A stretch of 64,000 nt of DNA from Candidatus Marinacidobacterium sp. (GTDB taxonomy: Bacteria; Acidobacteriota; Vicinamibacteria; Marinacidobacterales; Marinacidobacteraceae), in assembly GCA_965220965.1 (NCBI GenBank), contig OZ244852.1:672001-736000 (forward strand), in the 5' to 3' direction. Positions 61,788-64,000 of this stretch are shown here, in pieces. Position 1 is the first letter of the stretch. Every line of letters starts with the position of its first letter. The translations under genes and the position numbers were made by a program. Below the pieces are notes generated by a model. The model was given only the letters and a program-made list of their open reading frames with translations, searched no databases and had not been told where the DNA came from.

Positions 61788-62963
61788 TTACGCCGCCATC
61801 TTCATGGCCGAGTCGAGCACGTTCGCCATCTTCGCGGCGGCGCGCTGCATCTCGTCCATCGTGCCGATCGAGATCCGGCAGCGGGTCCACAGCGGCGGGA
61901 ACGGCCGGCCGACCCGGACGCCTTCCGCGGCGCAGGCGGCCTGGAACTGCTCCACCGGCATCCCCACATCCGTGAAGATGAAGTTCGTCTGGGCGTCGGT
62001 CGCGTTGAAGCCACGGTCCCGGAAGAACTTCAGGATGAAGTCGCGGGCCTCGGCGTTCCGCGCCTTCTCGTTCGGCAGGAACTCGGGGTTGGCTCGGTCG
62101 CGCTCCAGCGCGGCGTTCGCCGCGACGAGCGCCGGGATGCTCACCGAGTTGCCCATGTGGAACTCGCTCAGCTCGGCGACCGTGTCGGCGTGCGCGATCG
62201 CGTAGCCGATCCGGAGACCCGCCATCCCGTAGGCCTTCGAGAAGGTCCGCGCCACGATGACCCGGGGGTTCTCGAGCGCCATCGGGATCATCGTCTCGTG
62301 GCCGGGAGTGGTCACGTAGTCGATGTAGGCCTCGTCCACGAGGATGCGGAGATCCTTCTCGGTGTCGAGCGCGCGGGTCAGGAAGTCCGTGCTGTCCGAG
62401 GGGTCAACCAGCGTCGCGACCGGGTTGTTCGGGTTGCAGTAGAACAGCATCCCGCTCCCCTTGACCGCGTGGAGCGTCTGGTCGAGGTCCATCTTGAAGT
62501 CCGCGGTCAGCGGGACGGCCTTCGTCCGGTAGCCCATGAGCGCCGCGTAACCGAAGCACTCCTCGTAGGTCGGCAGCGACCCGACGAGCGCCTTGTCGGC
62601 GCTGGCGTACTGGTGCGTGGAGTCCACCAGGATCTGGGTGGAGCCGGCGCCGATCAGGACGTTGTCGGTGCTGACGCCGAACTTCTCGGCGATCGCCTCC
62701 TGGGCGGGCCCGAGGAAGCGGAACGGGTAGCGGCCGGCGATCACGCCATCGGGACCGATGACGGAGTCGATCGCGTCCATCACCTCGTCACCAGGACCGA
62801 GAGAGTTCTCGTTGTTCGCCAGGTTGATCGCCTCTTCAGGCTGGATCCCCATTTCCGCCGCGAACGCGTACTGCTCGCGGAGACGGGACCGCACCATCGT
62901 GGCGGCGTAGAGGCCGGCGGCGCCAGCGGAAGCGTGCCGGAGGAAACGGCGGCGAGAGAGCAT
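61788..62963 (-). CDS. Tat-exported HisC-like class I/II PLP aminotransferase
   Basis: GAGGAGGT SD; MLSRRRFL Tat motif; NEN, RYP, CNPNNP, DEAY, RTFSKAYGMAGLRIG. Confidence 0.88.
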   Translation of the reverse strand: MLSRRRFLRHASAGAAGLYAATMVRSRLREQYAFAAEMGIQPEEAINLANNENSLGPGDEVMDAIDSVIGPDGVIAGRYPFRFLGPAQEAIAEKFGVSTDNVLIGAGSTQILVDSTHQYASADKALVGSLPTYEECFGYAALMGYRTKAVPLTADFKMDLDQTLHAVKGSGMLFYCNPNNPVATLVDPSDSTDFLTRALDTEKDLRILVDEAYIDYVTTPGHETMIPMALENPRVIVARTFSKAYGMAGLRIGYAIAHADTVAELSEFHMGNSVSIPALVAANAALERDRANPEFLPNEKARNAEARDFILKFFRDRGFNATDAQTNFIFTDVGMPVEQFQAACAAEGVRVGRPFPPLWTRCRISIGTMDEMQRAAAKMANVLDSAMKMAA

Positions 62964-63017
62964 GGGGTGACGACCTCCTCGGACCTGGCCGGGCGGGGAA
63001 AGGGAGCGCATGCGGCG

Positions 63018-63998
63018 CTATTGCTGCTGGTTGTCCGTGGCGGTGAGCCCGAGGACGTCGGCGAAGACCGCGGTGGCCCGCTTCATCTCGTCGAGCGTTC
63101 CGATGGAGATGCGGGCGTGGCTGTTCTCGTAGGGCGGGAAGTCCCGACCCACGAAGACGCCCTGCTCGGCGCACGCCTCGCGGAACTCCCTCGCGGAGCG
63201 CCCGATGTCCACGAACACGAAGTTCGTCTCGCTCGGGACCGGGTCGAGGCCGTGGCTCGAGAAGAAGTCCAGCGTGAACTTCCGGGCCTCCTCGTTGCGC
63301 TTCACCTCGTTCTTGATGTAGTCCGGGTCTTCGAGCGAGGCCATCGCGGCGCCGATCGAGAGGACGGACGTTCCGAACGTGAGCGCCAGCGGAGCCAGCT
63401 TGGCGATCGTTCCGGCCTGGCCCATCGCGTAGCCGACCCGGAGTCCGGCCATCCCGAACGCCTTCGAGAAGGTGCGGCCGATGAACACGTCGCGGTGCCG
63501 CATGGCGAGCTCCGCGCCGGTCTCGAAGGCCGGGTGCGTCACGTAGTCGTAGTACGCCTCGTCCAGCAGGATCGCGGTGTACGGGGACTCCTTCTTGACG
63601 AACTCGACGAAGTCGGTCACGTCGGCGAGCGAATGGACCGTCCCGGTCGGGTTGTTCGGGTTGCAGAGGAAGACGAGACCGGAGCCGATCGCGGCGCCCG
63701 CCATCTTCTCGAGGTCGAGGCCGAGGCCCCCGGTCATCGGGATCGCCTTGACCGGCGCCCCCATCCACCGGGCGGTGCGGATCGGGTTCTCGTAGGAGCA
63801 CTCCGCCGTCACCAGCGCGCGGTCCGGACCGGTGTAGAGGCGGACGGCGTTCCGCAGGATCTCGGAGGATCCGGGCGCGAGCACCACGTTCTCCGGACCG
63901 CCGCCGTACATCCCGCCGATCTTCCGGCGCAGATCCGCGTCGCTCGTCGCGGCGTTCATCGGATAGCGCATGATCGAGCCGTAGGCGGCGCGAAGGCC
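63018..63998 (-). CDS. HisC-like class I/II PLP aminotransferase (5' truncated by window edge)
   Basis: Frame open to the window edge; RYP, CNPNNPTG, DEAY, RTFSKAFGMAGLRVG. Confidence 0.88.
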   Translation of the reverse strand, partial: GLRAAYGSIMRYPMNAATSDADLRRKIGGMYGGGPENVVLAPGSSEILRNAVRLYTGPDRALVTAECSYENPIRTARWMGAPVKAIPMTGGLGLDLEKMAGAAIGSGLVFLCNPNNPTGTVHSLADVTDFVEFVKKESPYTAILLDEAYYDYVTHPAFETGAELAMRHRDVFIGRTFSKAFGMAGLRVGYAMGQAGTIAKLAPLALTFGTSVLSIGAAMASLEDPDYIKNEVKRNEEARKFTLDFFSSHGLDPVPSETNFVFVDIGRSAREFREACAEQGVFVGRDFPPYENSHARISIGTLDEMKRATAVFADVLGLTATDNQQQ

Positions 63999-64000
63999 CT

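Overview
High-GC bacterial chromosomal segment, densely coding, with no CRISPR array, prophage or intact transposase visible. The gene mix suggests Acidobacteriota, which is inference only. It carries housekeeping blocks (nnr-tsaE; ppiD-STAS-moeA-moaC-larE; mreBCD-mrdA-rodA-rng; tRNA-Val-thrS-infC-rpmI-rplT-zapB-zapA-thiL; gatCA; ilvBNC; rpmB), envelope and catabolic genes (TonB receptor, TPAT-type TRAP transporter, Tat-exported PLP enzymes, agmatine deiminase operon, M14 peptidase) and several elements the ORF track misses. Best candidate for an undescribed system: two tandem rhodanese-like genes at 60113-60912. Each has an in-frame TGA exactly at the catalytic Cys position, followed by an equally spaced, covarying SECIS-like hairpin, so both are probable selenoproteins, one cytoplasmic and one an exported lipoprotein. 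Other highlights: a 52-aa TatA-derived microprotein upstream of tatA; a ~195-bp-period array of covarying GNA-triloop hairpins between rodA and rng; a catalytically degenerate sulfatase-fold lipoprotein; ATA (infC) and CTG (gatA) starts; a GspE/PilB ORF running antisense through a whole Na/Pi transporter gene; and a decayed type III Res-like nuclease fragment with an antitoxin-like tail. All family calls come from motif recognition by eye, not database searches.
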